Source: Actinomycetota bacterium
GTDB lineage: Bacteria > Actinomycetota > Actinomycetes > Actinomycetales > Microbacteriaceae
NCBI GenBank assembly: GCA_041180205.1
Contig: JBEGRX010000001.1
Coordinates: forward strand, 1 to 42,098
DNA length: 42,098 nucleotides
Reading direction: 5' to 3'
Part shown: positions 1 through 9,894 of the stretch, piece by piece
Layout of the letters: each line of letters begins with the position of its first letter
Numbering within the stretch: the first letter of the stretch is position 1
Notes under the pieces: model-generated
The model's input: only the letters and a program-made list of their open reading frames with translations
Database searches by the model: none
What the model was told of the DNA's origin: nothing
Program-made: the position numbers and the translations under genes

Positions 1-947
1 GGTTCGCTGAATCTGCGAACTCTGGCTCCTTGGTTCGATACCTGGAAACCTTCGACCACACCGTGGCTGTCATGCAGACTCGAGCGGGTTTGGAGCGAGT
101 GGCCTACGAAGCAGTGCTTGACCTAGCCGAAGAGAATGTGATTTACGCCGAGTTGCGCTGGGCCCCAGAGCAGCATCTGGCGAAGGGCCTGACTCTCGAT
201 GAGACGGTTGAGGCGGTTCAAGACGGTCTCGAGCGCGGCATGGCTGAGATTGAGGACCGCGGTGGATTTATCCGCACCGGGCAGTTAGTAACCGCGATGC
301 GTCACGCCAACCGCGCCATGGAGATTGCGGAGCTGGCAGTGCGTCACCGCAATGCTGGTGTGGTTGGTTTTGATATTGCCGGAGCCGAGAAGGGCTTCAT
401 GCCGAATTTGCACAAGGAAGCTTTCGATTACCTAGCCCAGGAACTTTTCCCCTGCACCGTTCACGCTGGTGAGGCCGATGGCGTTGAGTCAATTCGCGAT
501 GCCATCGTTTCTGGTCGCGCCCTGCGACTTGGTCACGGTGTGCGCTTGGTTGAAGACATCATGTTCTCCAGAACCGAGGGCGATACCGACCTGGTGGTGC
601 TGGGACCGGTGGCGCAGTGGGTGCATGATCGCGGCATCGCGCTGGAGACCTCACCATCTTCTAACCTGCAGACCGGTGCCTTCGAGATGCTCGGTGACAG
701 CATGGCCGACCACCCGTTCGATATCCTCTACGACCTAGGTTTCAAGGTCACCGTCAACACCGACAACCGACTGATGAGCGCAACCAATTTGACCAAGGAA
801 CTTGAGATTTTGGTTGATACTTTCGGTTACTCGATCGCCGATCTAGAGCAGTTCCAGCTCAATGCTGCCGAGGCTGCCTTCCAGGGTCTACCAGAGCGTG
901 AAGAGTTGATGGACATGATTGAGATGGGTTTTGCAGAGGCTCGTTAG
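1..947 (+). CDS. add: Adenosine deaminase (5'-partial, runs off window start)
   Basis: Frame is open upstream of the ORF-track start (FAESANSGSLVRYL). Motifs YAELRWAP, GFDIAGAE, TVHAGE, RLGHG, VNTDN match the adenosine deaminase family. Confidence 0.95.
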   Translation, partial: FAESANSGSLVRYLETFDHTVAVMQTRAGLERVAYEAVLDLAEENVIYAELRWAPEQHLAKGLTLDETVEAVQDGLERGMAEIEDRGGFIRTGQLVTAMRHANRAMEIAELAVRHRNAGVVGFDIAGAEKGFMPNLHKEAFDYLAQELFPCTVHAGEADGVESIRDAIVSGRALRLGHGVRLVEDIMFSRTEGDTDLVVLGPVAQWVHDRGIALETSPSSNLQTGAFEMLGDSMADHPFDILYDLGFKVTVNTDNRLMSATNLTKELEILVDTFGYSIADLEQFQLNAAEAAFQGLPEREELMDMIEMGFAEAR

Positions 948-1384
948 TGCTAGCTGAAGCCTTCGGTCCAAATTCAATTGCGCACCACTCGGATATCACC
1001 GACTGGGAAGGGGCAATATCTGCCGCTGTGGCGCTGTTGGAGCAGGATCAAAAGGTAACCGGCGGGTATCTGGCCCGGGTGCTTGAGGCTAATCAAGATC
1101 AAGGTCCCTACTTTGTGGTGGCACCGGGCATCGCAATCGCGCACGCAGCCCCCGAGGAAGATGTTCAAGCCACCGGTTTCGCGCTGCTTCGCCTTCAGAC
1201 ACCGGTTGTCTCCGGATCCCACAACGATCCGGTGCAATTGGTATTCGCCTTTTGTGCTGTCGATTCCACCAGTCACATCGCGCTGCTTGGACAGTTTGCC
1301 GAGCTCATGAGCAAGCCGGTCAATGTGAACACTCTGTTAAATGAACCGAATCTCAGAATTGTTCGCAATTTATTGACGGCGTAG
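947..1384 (+). CDS. PTS EIIA component (UlaC/ascorbate-mannitol type)
   Basis: W..AI motif and GPYFVVAPGIAIAHA with the phospho-His; HNDPV and HI..L motifs. GTG start overlaps the add stop (TAGTG). Confidence 0.9.
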   Translation: MLAEAFGPNSIAHHSDITDWEGAISAAVALLEQDQKVTGGYLARVLEANQDQGPYFVVAPGIAIAHAAPEEDVQATGFALLRLQTPVVSGSHNDPVQLVFAFCAVDSTSHIALLGQFAELMSKPVNVNTLLNEPNLRIVRNLLTA

Positions 1385-1400
1385 TTGGTTAGATAACTCT

Positions 1401-1673
1401 GTGAAGATTTACGCTGTTTGCGGGGCCGGGATAGGCACCTCGGTCCTTCTAAAATCCAATGCCGATCGAGTGTTGGCGAGCCTAGGTATTGAGGCTGAGG
1501 TTCAGGCAGTATCCGTTTCAGATGCGTTGGCGAGTGAATCTTTAGCGCAAGTGGTGCTGATCACTCCAGAGCTTAAAGATCAGATTCAGGGCATTCGATC
1601 CGAGGTAATCCCAATCGAGAATATCTTCAACCTTGAAGAGCTAACTCAGAAACTATCCGCCGCACTCAGCTAA
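1401..1673 (+). CDS. PTS EIIB component (UlaB/lactose-cellobiose type)
   Basis: N-terminal KIYAVCGAGIGTS P-loop with phospho-Cys; 90 aa. Confidence 0.9.
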   Translation: MKIYAVCGAGIGTSVLLKSNADRVLASLGIEAEVQAVSVSDALASESLAQVVLITPELKDQIQGIRSEVIPIENIFNLEELTQKLSAALS

Positions 1674-1682
1674 TGTTTTGCC

Positions 1683-2336
1683 ATGGCTAATCTAGGCGGC
1701 ACTGAGCGCACCAAGCTGAACCGAATTTCATACAAGGCTTCCCACCAGGTGAGTGACCTCTATTCGGTGTTGGACAGCAACCTAGTTGCTCACGTCGCAC
1801 TGGTTCAAGACGGTAAGCCGCTAGTGATTCCGATGGCCTATGGGCGCGTTGACGACGTCATCTACCTGCATGGCTCCTCAGGCTCCAGACTGATGCGGCT
1901 TTTGGAGAACGAGCCGGATGTTTGTGTCTCAATAACCGAGTTGACCGCATTGAAGGTGGCGCGCTCGACATTCAACTCCGGGATGCATTACCGCTCGGTC
2001 GTGATTTTTGGTAGGGCATCGCTGGTCTCCGATGAGAATAAAGATGAAGCGCTAAATGCCCTAAGTGACGCCATGATTCCGGGTCGGGTGGCGGAGGTCC
2101 GCGCCAGCACCAAAAAGGAGCTTGCTGCCACCGTGATTGTCTCGCTGCCGCTCGATGAGTGTTCGGTAAAGATTTCGGTGAACGAGGTTGATGACGACGA
2201 GGGCGACCTGAACCAGGGCACCTGGGCGGGCATTGTGCCGTTTGTCACCACAATCGGTGAGCCAATCCCAGCCGATGAGGAAGCTGCTGGGCTGCAGGTT
2301 CCAGCGTCGGTTCGAAACCTAGCTAAGCGGCCCTAA
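1683..2336 (+). CDS. Pyridoxamine 5'-phosphate oxidase-like / NimA-type flavin-binding protein
   Basis: PLVIPMAY, IYLHGSSGSR, ARSTFNSGMHYRSVVIFG, WAGIVP motifs. Confidence 0.85.
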   Translation: MANLGGTERTKLNRISYKASHQVSDLYSVLDSNLVAHVALVQDGKPLVIPMAYGRVDDVIYLHGSSGSRLMRLLENEPDVCVSITELTALKVARSTFNSGMHYRSVVIFGRASLVSDENKDEALNALSDAMIPGRVAEVRASTKKELAATVIVSLPLDECSVKISVNEVDDDEGDLNQGTWAGIVPFVTTIGEPIPADEEAAGLQVPASVRNLAKRP

Positions 2337-3951
2337 GTAGCTGCTGCGCCCAAGATCTCAGAGTCTGAAGTTTCTGCTGGGCGACATCCTCAGAAGCAGC
2401 GGTGACCTGCAGGTAGCACTTCAATTTTGGCTCGGTGCCCGATGGTCGAATGATTACTCGGTAAGAGCTGGTAGTGAAGATGACACCCTCGGTTGAGGGC
2501 AGGTTTTTTCCAAGTTCTAGATTTTCAAACTCAGCACTCTCGCCCAAAATCTCAGCAACTGGGTTGCCCTTGACCTCGGCCATGATATTGCCGATAACCG
2601 ATAGGTCGGTTACCCGGATGGAAACCTGACCGGTTGCTAGGTGACCATAGCGCTTTGCTAAACCGCGCAACAGATCCAGCAGATCCATGCCCTCCGCCTT
2701 GAGGGTCGCGGCTAGTTCCGCAATCGCAAGCGCTGCCGAGATGCCGTCCTTGTCGGGGGTTGCGCTCGGGTCAATGCAGTAACCGAGGGCTTCCTCATAA
2801 CCGAAGCTAAGGTTCGGCACCTTTGAGATCCACTTGAATCCGGTCAGGGTCTGCTGATAATTCAGACCGTGAAACTGCGCAACCTTGGCCAAACTGGCCG
2901 ACACAATCGAGTTGGCGAGGGTGCCGCCGGTTTTTGCGGAGGCAATCATTTCGGCAAGCAGTAGGCCAACCTGATCGCCGGTGAGCATTTGGTAGTCGCT
3001 GCCCTTTTTGACTCCAACTGCAAGCCGGTCAGCATCTGGGTCGTTCGCGATTATTAAGTCGGAGTTCTGGGCCTTAGCGTGTTCAAAGCTGAGGTCCATC
3101 GCACCGGGCTCTTCCGGATTTGGGAAAGAAACCGTTGGGAACTGCCCGTCTGGTTCCTGCTGGGCAACCACCGAGCTAAAGACAAAGCCGGCACGGTCGA
3201 AAACCGCCTTCATAACTCGATACCCCACGCCATGCATCGCGGTGTAGGTGATCTTTAGCTTGTTGCGTCCCGAGGTATCTGCGCTGACCAAAGATGCAGC
3301 CCTTGCGACATAGGTATCGATGTCGGCCTGACCCAAAATCTCAATGTCTTTGGACTTTGGAATTGCAGCAAAAGAGATTTCTTTTGAAATCTCGTCGATC
3401 AAGCTGGCAATTTGCTTGTCCTGGGGTGATATCAATTGCGAGCAACCGTTAGCTCCACCGAGGTAAACCTTGTAGCCGTTATCGCGCGGCGGATTGTGAC
3501 TGGCGGTAACAATTACTGTGGCGCTGGCTAAGAATCTTTTGCCGGTAAAGGCTGCCACCGGGGTCGGCACCGCTGAATCAAATAGTCGAGTCTTGATTCC
3601 CGCGGCTGCAAAAATCTCAGCCGAGTCCTGGGCGAAAATGTCCGAATTCACCCGGCCGTCGTAACCGACCACTACAGACAGCTCACCATTTTTGTCGAGG
3701 TAGTCAGTCTTGTTTGAGTTTAGGAATCTTGCGATGGCAAGAGCTGCTTGAGCTACCACAATGCGATTCATGCGATTTGGGCCAGCACCCAATTCGCCGC
3801 GAAGGCCGGCGGTGCCAAATTGCAACCGGGTTTCGAATCGAGCGCGCAGTTCGGATTCATCTTCAGCATCGATCAGCTGTTCTAGCTCGAGTCGAGTTAG
3901 CGGATCCGGATCTTGGTTTAGCCAGCTTTTGGCACTTGCGATCAAATCCAT
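2323..3951 (-). CDS. Phospho-sugar mutase (PmmB-like; possibly phosphopentomutase by context)
   Basis: FGTAGLRG, TASHNP (phospho-Ser), DPDADR (metal site), GYEEA, RPSGTEPKLKCY. Confidence 0.9.
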   Translation of the reverse strand: MDLIASAKSWLNQDPDPLTRLELEQLIDAEDESELRARFETRLQFGTAGLRGELGAGPNRMNRIVVAQAALAIARFLNSNKTDYLDKNGELSVVVGYDGRVNSDIFAQDSAEIFAAAGIKTRLFDSAVPTPVAAFTGKRFLASATVIVTASHNPPRDNGYKVYLGGANGCSQLISPQDKQIASLIDEISKEISFAAIPKSKDIEILGQADIDTYVARAASLVSADTSGRNKLKITYTAMHGVGYRVMKAVFDRAGFVFSSVVAQQEPDGQFPTVSFPNPEEPGAMDLSFEHAKAQNSDLIIANDPDADRLAVGVKKGSDYQMLTGDQVGLLLAEMIASAKTGGTLANSIVSASLAKVAQFHGLNYQQTLTGFKWISKVPNLSFGYEEALGYCIDPSATPDKDGISAALAIAELAATLKAEGMDLLDLLRGLAKRYGHLATGQVSIRVTDLSVIGNIMAEVKGNPVAEILGESAEFENLELGKNLPSTEGVIFTTSSYRVIIRPSGTEPKLKCYLQVTAASEDVAQQKLQTLRSWAQQLLRAA

Positions 3952-4773
3952 TTAGAGCTTCGCCACAATCTCGGCAAGTAGTTTGCTGATTCTCGCCTCG
4001 GCATTTCGGCCCGCCTCCAGCACCTCGGCATGAGAGAGCGGGGTGGTCTGGATTCCGGCAGCCAGGTTGGTAATAAGCGACATGCCCAGGATTTCCATGC
4101 CTGCCTGTCGAGCGGCAATCGCCTCTAGCGCGGTTGACATTCCAACGATGTGTCCGCCCATTATCTTTGCCATCTGCACCTCGGCTGGAGTCTCGTAGTG
4201 CGGACCGCGGAATTGGACATAGACGCCTTCGTCCAAGCTCGCATCCACCTCGCGAGCTAGATCGCGAAGTCGCTTGGAGTAGAGGTCGGTCAGGTCGATA
4301 AAGGTGGCGCCTTCAAGTGGGCTGGCAGCGGTTAGGTTGATGTGATCCGAGATGAGGACCGCAGCCCCGCCTGCCCACTCGGGCTTGATGCCACCAGCGC
4401 CATTGGTGAGAATCATGGTTTTTGCCCCGGTTGCCGCTGCGGTTCTCACCGAGTGCACAACTGAGCGAACTCCGTGGTTCTCGTAGAAGTGGGTGCGAGC
4501 ACCAATGACCAACGCGTACTTACCGTTGGGCAACCGAATCGAGCGAATGGTGCCAATGTGTCCAACCACCGCAGACTTAGAGAAGCCGATGATCTCGTTT
4601 CCGGGAATTTCACTCACAGTCTCGCCGATTAGATCGGCCGCCTTGGCCCAGCCGGAGCCCAGGGTTAGCGCGATGTCGTGATTGGCAATGCCTGAGATTC
4701 TGGCGATTTGGTTGGCCGCCTCTTGGGCGATTTCGAAGGGGTTAGCACCCTCGGCGTTGAGTGGATTGACCAT
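3952..4773 (-). CDS. punA: Purine-nucleoside phosphorylase (trimeric type)
   Basis: LGSG, RTHFYE, TNGAGG, DHINLT, GPHYETPAE, VGMST, TNLAAG. Start moved to ATG 4773, which has TAGACT 7 nt upstream and avoids overlap with lpdA. Confidence 0.93.
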   Translation of the reverse strand: MVNPLNAEGANPFEIAQEAANQIARISGIANHDIALTLGSGWAKAADLIGETVSEIPGNEIIGFSKSAVVGHIGTIRSIRLPNGKYALVIGARTHFYENHGVRSVVHSVRTAAATGAKTMILTNGAGGIKPEWAGGAAVLISDHINLTAASPLEGATFIDLTDLYSKRLRDLAREVDASLDEGVYVQFRGPHYETPAEVQMAKIMGGHIVGMSTALEAIAARQAGMEILGMSLITNLAAGIQTTPLSHAEVLEAGRNAEARISKLLAEIVAKL

Positions 4774-4826
4774 AAAAATCAGTCTAACTAACCCCGTAAC
4801 CCAGATTGGTAGGCCAGAATGAACCC

Positions 4827-6248
4827 GTGACAATTTCATCGTCGAATCAACATCGCATCGTAATCATCGGTGGTGGCCCAGGTGGCTACGAAGCCGCCAG
4901 AGCCGCTCGTCAGCTCGGGGCCGAGGTCATTCTCATCGAGGACAGCGGCATCGGCGGCAACGCCGTTCTCACCGATGTGGTGCCATCAAAGACCCTGATC
5001 GCTACCGCAGAGGCCGCTCAGCGAGTGGCCCAGGCTCAAAGCCTTGGAGTTACTTTCTCCATAGACCAAGTTGCTGTGCAACCTAAGGTCGAAATCGATT
5101 TAGAAGCGGTGAACAAGCGGTTGTTAGCTCTGGCCAAGAGCCAGTCCGAAGACATGTTGCTTTCACTTAAGAACGAAGGCGTCCGAGTCATTTCTGGCCG
5201 TGGTCGCCTCGACGGCAACCACCACGTTATTGTCGAGCCAACCCTGGGTGGTGAACCGGAGCGCATCGAGGCAAAGACCATCATTGTTGCCGTTGGTGCC
5301 CACCCCAGGGAGGTCCCAGGCTCAAAGCCAGATGGTGACCGAATCTTCACCTGGAAGCAGCTCTACAACCTAAAGACTCTGCCCGAGCACATGATTGTGG
5401 TCGGTTCCGGTGTCACCGGCGCTGAATTCGCCAGCGCATACCTGCAGCTGGGTAGCAAGGTGACTTTGATATCAAGTCGCGACAAAGTGCTTCCGGGTAA
5501 CGATGCCGATGCCGCAGAATTGATTGAGGATGTCTTCCGCCGCGGCGGAATGCAGATTCTGAACAAGTCACGTGCCGTTGAGGTTGTCAACACCGAAAGC
5601 GGTGTTCGGGTCACGCTCGAAGATGGTCAAATCGTCGAGGGAAGTCACTGCCTGATGGCGGTTGGAGCAATCCCAAACACTGAGGGATTGGGCCTTGAGG
5701 AGGCCGGCGTAAAGCTGACCGAGTCTGGCCACGTGATTGCCAACAAGGTGGCGAGAACCTCTAGGGCCAATGTTTATGCGGTTGGTGACTGCTCAACCGC
5801 CATGCCGCTGGCCTCCGTCAGCGCAATGCAGGGCCGCACCGCCGTCTACCACACCATGGGTGATGTGGCAGCGCCGACCAGGATGCGCAATGTCGCATCT
5901 AACGTCTTCACCTCTCCGGAGATTGCCTCGGTGGGATGGTCGCAGTCCGACATCGAACAGGGGCTGGTGCGCGGCGAGATTCAAAAAGTAATGCTCGATA
6001 CCAACCCCAGGGCAAAAATGCAGGGCATTCGCGAGGGCTTTATCAAGCTCTTTGCCTCTATTGGCTCCGGCACAGTGATTGGCGGAGTTGTGGTTGCGCC
6101 ACGAGCGTCGGATTTGATCTTCCCGATTGCGGTTGCGATTGAGAATCGACTAACGGTTGATCAGTTAGCCCGCACCTACACGGTTTACCCATCGATTTCT
6201 GGTTCGATTGCCGAGGCAGCCTCAGCACTACACCAGCCCATCGACTAG
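4827..6248 (+). CDS. lpdA: NAD(P)H-quinone dehydrogenase (mycobacterial LpdA-type flavoprotein)
   Basis: [11 protein letters not shown] motif, [37 protein letters not shown]. Start placed at GTG 4827 (CAGAAT 6 nt upstream); ORF track begins 4806. Confidence 0.88.
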   Translation: MTISSSNQHRIVIIGGGPGGYEAARAARQLGAEVILIEDSGIGGNAVLTDVVPSKTLIATAEAAQRVAQAQSLGVTFSIDQVAVQPKVEIDLEAVNKRLLALAKSQSEDMLLSLKNEGVRVISGRGRLDGNHHVIVEPTLGGEPERIEAKTIIVAVGAHPREVPGSKPDGDRIFTWKQLYNLKTLPEHMIVVGSGVTGAEFASAYLQLGSKVTLISSRDKVLPGNDADAAELIEDVFRRGGMQILNKSRAVEVVNTESGVRVTLEDGQIVEGSHCLMAVGAIPNTEGLGLEEAGVKLTESGHVIANKVARTSRANVYAVGDCSTAMPLASVSAMQGRTAVYHTMGDVAAPTRMRNVASNVFTSPEIASVGWSQSDIEQGLVRGEIQKVMLDTNPRAKMQGIREGFIKLFASIGSGTVIGGVVVAPRASDLIFPIAVAIENRLTVDQLARTYTVYPSISGSIAEAASALHQPID

Positions 6249-8017
6249 TCGGTTATGTCAAGAATTCTGGTTCCTGCGGAAATTGTGGTGCCAACGGCTA
6301 CGCCGATTGAACCGATGATTCCGGAGCGGTGAGCGGTCAGCGGTTGCTCCATCTTCATGGCTTCCAAAACCACCACCAGGTCACCGGCTTCAACTCGATC
6401 ACCCTCTTGCACCGCGAGTTTCACCACGGTTGACTGCATCGGGGCGAGCAAGCTGTTTCCCTTGGCGCCGGTGTGAGAAGCGCTGCCCGAACTCTTGGCA
6501 CGCTTTGGTGCATGACCGGCTGCAGAGCCAATCTCTCCAACCAAAAGGCGCTTTGGAACGCTAACCGCTAGACGCTTACCGGCCACTTCAACCGCGATCT
6601 CGTGGCGAGCTTCGGCCTCGGGGAGTTCCTCTGGTTGCCCAGACCAAGGTTCAATGGTGTTATCCCACTCAGTTTCAATCCAGCGGGTGTAGACGGCGAA
6701 CTTACCGCTCTCGGCAGTGAAAGCGGGGTCGTTTACAATCGCGCGGTGGAAAGGCAATACGGTCGGTAAACCGTGAACCTGCATTTCCTCGAGCGCTCTT
6801 CTCGAGCGCTGCAGCGCTTCGGCTCGAGTTGCGCCGGTGACAATCAGCTTTGCCACCATCGAATCAAAGTTTCCGGAGACGACATCGCCCGAAACCACAC
6901 CTGCATCGACCCGCACCCCTGGACCGCTTGGGGCGATGAACTGGTGAATCGCTCCCGGGGCGGGCAAGAAACCTCGGCCTGGATCTTCGCCGTTGATGCG
7001 GAATTCAAAGCTGTGGCCAGAAATCTTGGGGTCTGGGTAATCCAACACGCCACCCTCGGCGATGCGGAATTGCTCGCGCACTAGATCAAGTCCGGTTACC
7101 TCTTCGGATACCGGGTGCTCTACCTGCAAGCGGGTGTTTACCTCGAGGAATGAGATGGTGCCGTCCTGCGCCACCAGGAACTCACAGGTGCCAGCACCTT
7201 CGTAGCCAACGGCCTTCAGGATTGCCTTCGAGGATTCGTAGAGTCTGGACTCTTGGTCGGCCGTCAGGAACGGAGCCGGAGCTTCTTCCACCAGTTTTTG
7301 GTGGCGACGTTGCAACGAGCAATCGCGGGTGGAGACCACTACCACATTGCCGTGTTGATCGGCGAGGCACTGCGTCTCAACGTGACGAGGCTTGTCCAAA
7401 TACTTTTCAATGAAGCACTCGCCTCGACCAAAGGCGGCAATCGCCTCACGGGTGGCAGATTCAAAAAGCTCTTGAATTTCGGCTGCGTCGCGCACAATCT
7501 TGATGCCGCGCCCGCCGCCGCCGTAGGCAGCCTTGATGGCAACCGGAAGCCCGTGAACCGCAACGAAATCTTCAACTTCCTTTACGGTCTCAACCGGATT
7601 GATGGTTCCTGGTGCCAGTGGTGCACCGACCGACTCTGCCACCTTGCGAGCTGAAACTTTGTCGCCGAGTTGCTCGATTGAGGCAGGCTTCGGACCAATC
7701 CAAATAAGACCTGCGTCAATAACCGCCTGAGCGAAAGCTGCGTTCTCGGACAAAAAACCGTAGCCGGGGTGAACTGCGTTAGCACCCGAGCGCTTTGCGA
7801 TTGCAATTAGTTTGTCTGAAACCAAATAGGTCTCAGCAGCGCTCTCGCCGTTTAGCGCATATGCCTCGTCTGCAAGTTTGACGTGCTGGGCGTGACGATC
7901 GCCATCGGCATATACCGCTACGGTTAGGATTCCAGCATCCTTGGCGGCTCGAATGATTCGAACTGCGATCTCGCCTCGGTTGGCGATAAGTAACTTGGTA
8001 ATTCGGCGCTGGGTCAT
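6245..8017 (-). CDS. accA3: Acetyl/propionyl-CoA carboxylase alpha subunit (biotin carboxylase + BCCP)
   Basis: [45 protein letters not shown], and biotinylation site EAMKME. Confidence 0.95.
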   Translation of the reverse strand: MTQRRITKLLIANRGEIAVRIIRAAKDAGILTVAVYADGDRHAQHVKLADEAYALNGESAAETYLVSDKLIAIAKRSGANAVHPGYGFLSENAAFAQAVIDAGLIWIGPKPASIEQLGDKVSARKVAESVGAPLAPGTINPVETVKEVEDFVAVHGLPVAIKAAYGGGGRGIKIVRDAAEIQELFESATREAIAAFGRGECFIEKYLDKPRHVETQCLADQHGNVVVVSTRDCSLQRRHQKLVEEAPAPFLTADQESRLYESSKAILKAVGYEGAGTCEFLVAQDGTISFLEVNTRLQVEHPVSEEVTGLDLVREQFRIAEGGVLDYPDPKISGHSFEFRINGEDPGRGFLPAPGAIHQFIAPSGPGVRVDAGVVSGDVVSGNFDSMVAKLIVTGATRAEALQRSRRALEEMQVHGLPTVLPFHRAIVNDPAFTAESGKFAVYTRWIETEWDNTIEPWSGQPEELPEAEARHEIAVEVAGKRLAVSVPKRLLVGEIGSAAGHAPKRAKSSGSASHTGAKGNSLLAPMQSTVVKLAVQEGDRVEAGDLVVVLEAMKMEQPLTAHRSGIIGSIGVAVGTTISAGTRILDITD

Positions 8018-8091
8018 AATCCAAAAGCTTATTGCCCTCTAGGGCAGGAAATTTATAAGCAAACGACAAAAAACTTGCAGTTTCGTTGCGG

Positions 8092-8682
8092 TTATCTCCA
8101 TAGCGACTGGTAGTCGTGACCCAACTCAGTAACCAGTTCGCGAAGCGCGACCAACGATAGCCCGACCACGGTGTGGTAATCGCCCTCGATTCGTTCGACA
8201 AAAGCACCGCCGATGCCATCAATGGTGAAAGCCCCAGCTACTTGTAGCGGCTCACCGGTGGCCACGTATTTATGGATCTGTTCATCGCTGAGGTTCGCAA
8301 ACGTCACAGAGGTTTGGGTCACCTTGCCCGAAGCCGTTCCAGTTTGCCCATCTATTAGCCAATGTCCCGAGCACAGCAGCCCGGTTTTACCTCGCATCTT
8401 TTGCCAGCGGCTAATGGCCACCTCTGGGCGGTGCGGCTTGCCAAGCACCTCACCATCGAACAGCAGTGCCGAATCGCAACCAAGCACTAGACCCTCAAAG
8501 CTCACCGCTTCGGCCTTTGCCCTGGCAAGCAGCAGGGTCATCTCTTGGATGGTGGCAGGCTTTTGCTGAGCAACCAAAGCGTCTTCGTCAACACCTGGGG
8601 CGCGAGTTTCGAACACAATTCCAGCGTCGGTTAGCAGCCGCTTTCTAGCGGGCGATGTCGAGGCGAGCAGCAATTTGGTCAC
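8092..8682 (-). CDS. maf: Maf family nucleoside triphosphate pyrophosphatase
   Basis: LASTSPAR, AKA, GCDS, LGKP, YVATGEPLQVAGAF, VVGL. Confidence 0.93.
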   Translation of the reverse strand: MTKLLLASTSPARKRLLTDAGIVFETRAPGVDEDALVAQQKPATIQEMTLLLARAKAEAVSFEGLVLGCDSALLFDGEVLGKPHRPEVAISRWQKMRGKTGLLCSGHWLIDGQTGTASGKVTQTSVTFANLSDEQIHKYVATGEPLQVAGAFTIDGIGGAFVERIEGDYHTVVGLSLVALRELVTELGHDYQSLWR

Positions 8683-8708
8683 GGAAGACAGGTTAGCTGT
8701 GGAACACT

Positions 8709-9884
8709 GTGGGAGTGAATCTTCGAGTCAAAATTGAAAAAGTCGCCCACGGTGGAGTTTTTGTAGCCCGCCACGAGGGTCGAGTCATCTTTGTTACCGG
8801 TGCTATCGATGGCGAAGTGGTCGATGTCGAGGTGACCGAGGATGCTGGCAAGTTCTTGCGAGCCAGCGTCACAAACGTGGTTGAGGCATCCGAGTATCGC
8901 CAGCCACACTTCTGGAAGGCGGCCCGCGAAGGTGCAGGCGGTGCGGAATTTGGACACATCAACCTCTCCCACCAGCGAGAGCTAAAGTCCCAGGTGCTGG
9001 CTGAAGCGTTGCAGCGTATGGCTGGCATCGATCTGGAAACCAAGGTTGAAGCCTGCCCACAGGAAACCGATGGCCTGCACTATCGCACCCGAGTGCAGCT
9101 GAACGTCGATGCCTCCGGCACCGCCGGTCCAATGCGGCCAAGAAGTAACGAGGCGGTTTTTAGCCCCACTCTGCCTTTGGCGGTTACCGAAATCGAAGAA
9201 CTTGGCCTGCAGCTAAAAAACTGGAATGGCGTAAAGAAGATATCGATCGCCGCTAGCTCAACCGGTGATCTGCAGTGGCTGGTTGATGACAAGCCGAACG
9301 GCTCTGAGCGTTTGGTCGAGCGCGCTGCCGGACGAACGTTCCGACTGAGTTCGGGAGCGTTCTGGCAGGTCCACAAAGACGCTGCAACCTTGCTAACCAA
9401 GGCGGTTTTTGACGCTGCCGAACTTTTGGAGTTTGACCCTGCAAAACCAGCGCTAGATCTTTATGCCGGTGCCGGTCTCTTTGCAGCAACCATGGCGGCA
9501 AAATACGGCTCAACCAGCTTCACCGCGGTCGAGAACAATAAGCAAGCCGTGGCTGATGGCACCAAGTCCGCCATTGACCTCAGCAATCTGAAGTTTGAGA
9601 AGTCAGACGTTCTGCAGTATCTAAGGGTCGCGAGCGCCAAGCCTGGAAGCTTTGACACCGTGGTGCTTGACCCGCCGCGTTCAGGAGCAGCCGGCAAGGT
9701 GATTGAGCAGCTGATCAAACTCAAACCACGCAACATCATTTATGTCGCCTGTGATCCGGTAGCACTGGCGCGAGACCTAGGCTCGCTTTCCAAAGCCGGT
9801 TACCAACTTAGGGGACTGCAAGCCTTCGACATCTTCCCGCACACACACCACTTTGAGGCGGTTGCGGCCCTCACTGTTGATTAA
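8709..9884 (+). CDS. TRAM-domain RNA m5U methyltransferase (RlmD/TrmA family)
   Basis: TRAM N-terminus (HGGVFVARHEGRVIFV), YRTR, FWQVH, DLYAGAGLF, LDPPRSG, catalytic YVACDP, DIFPHTHHFE. Confidence 0.9.
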   Translation: MGVNLRVKIEKVAHGGVFVARHEGRVIFVTGAIDGEVVDVEVTEDAGKFLRASVTNVVEASEYRQPHFWKAAREGAGGAEFGHINLSHQRELKSQVLAEALQRMAGIDLETKVEACPQETDGLHYRTRVQLNVDASGTAGPMRPRSNEAVFSPTLPLAVTEIEELGLQLKNWNGVKKISIAASSTGDLQWLVDDKPNGSERLVERAAGRTFRLSSGAFWQVHKDAATLLTKAVFDAAELLEFDPAKPALDLYAGAGLFAATMAAKYGSTSFTAVENNKQAVADGTKSAIDLSNLKFEKSDVLQYLRVASAKPGSFDTVVLDPPRSGAAGKVIEQLIKLKPRNIIYVACDPVALARDLGSLSKAGYQLRGLQAFDIFPHTHHFEAVAALTVD

Positions 9885-9894
9885 CCTAGAGCCA

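Noticed and set aside
8033-8046. TGCCCT-CT-AGGGCA dyad upstream of accA3
   Set aside because: A 2-nt loop is too tight for a hairpin and there is no second copy to support an operator call.
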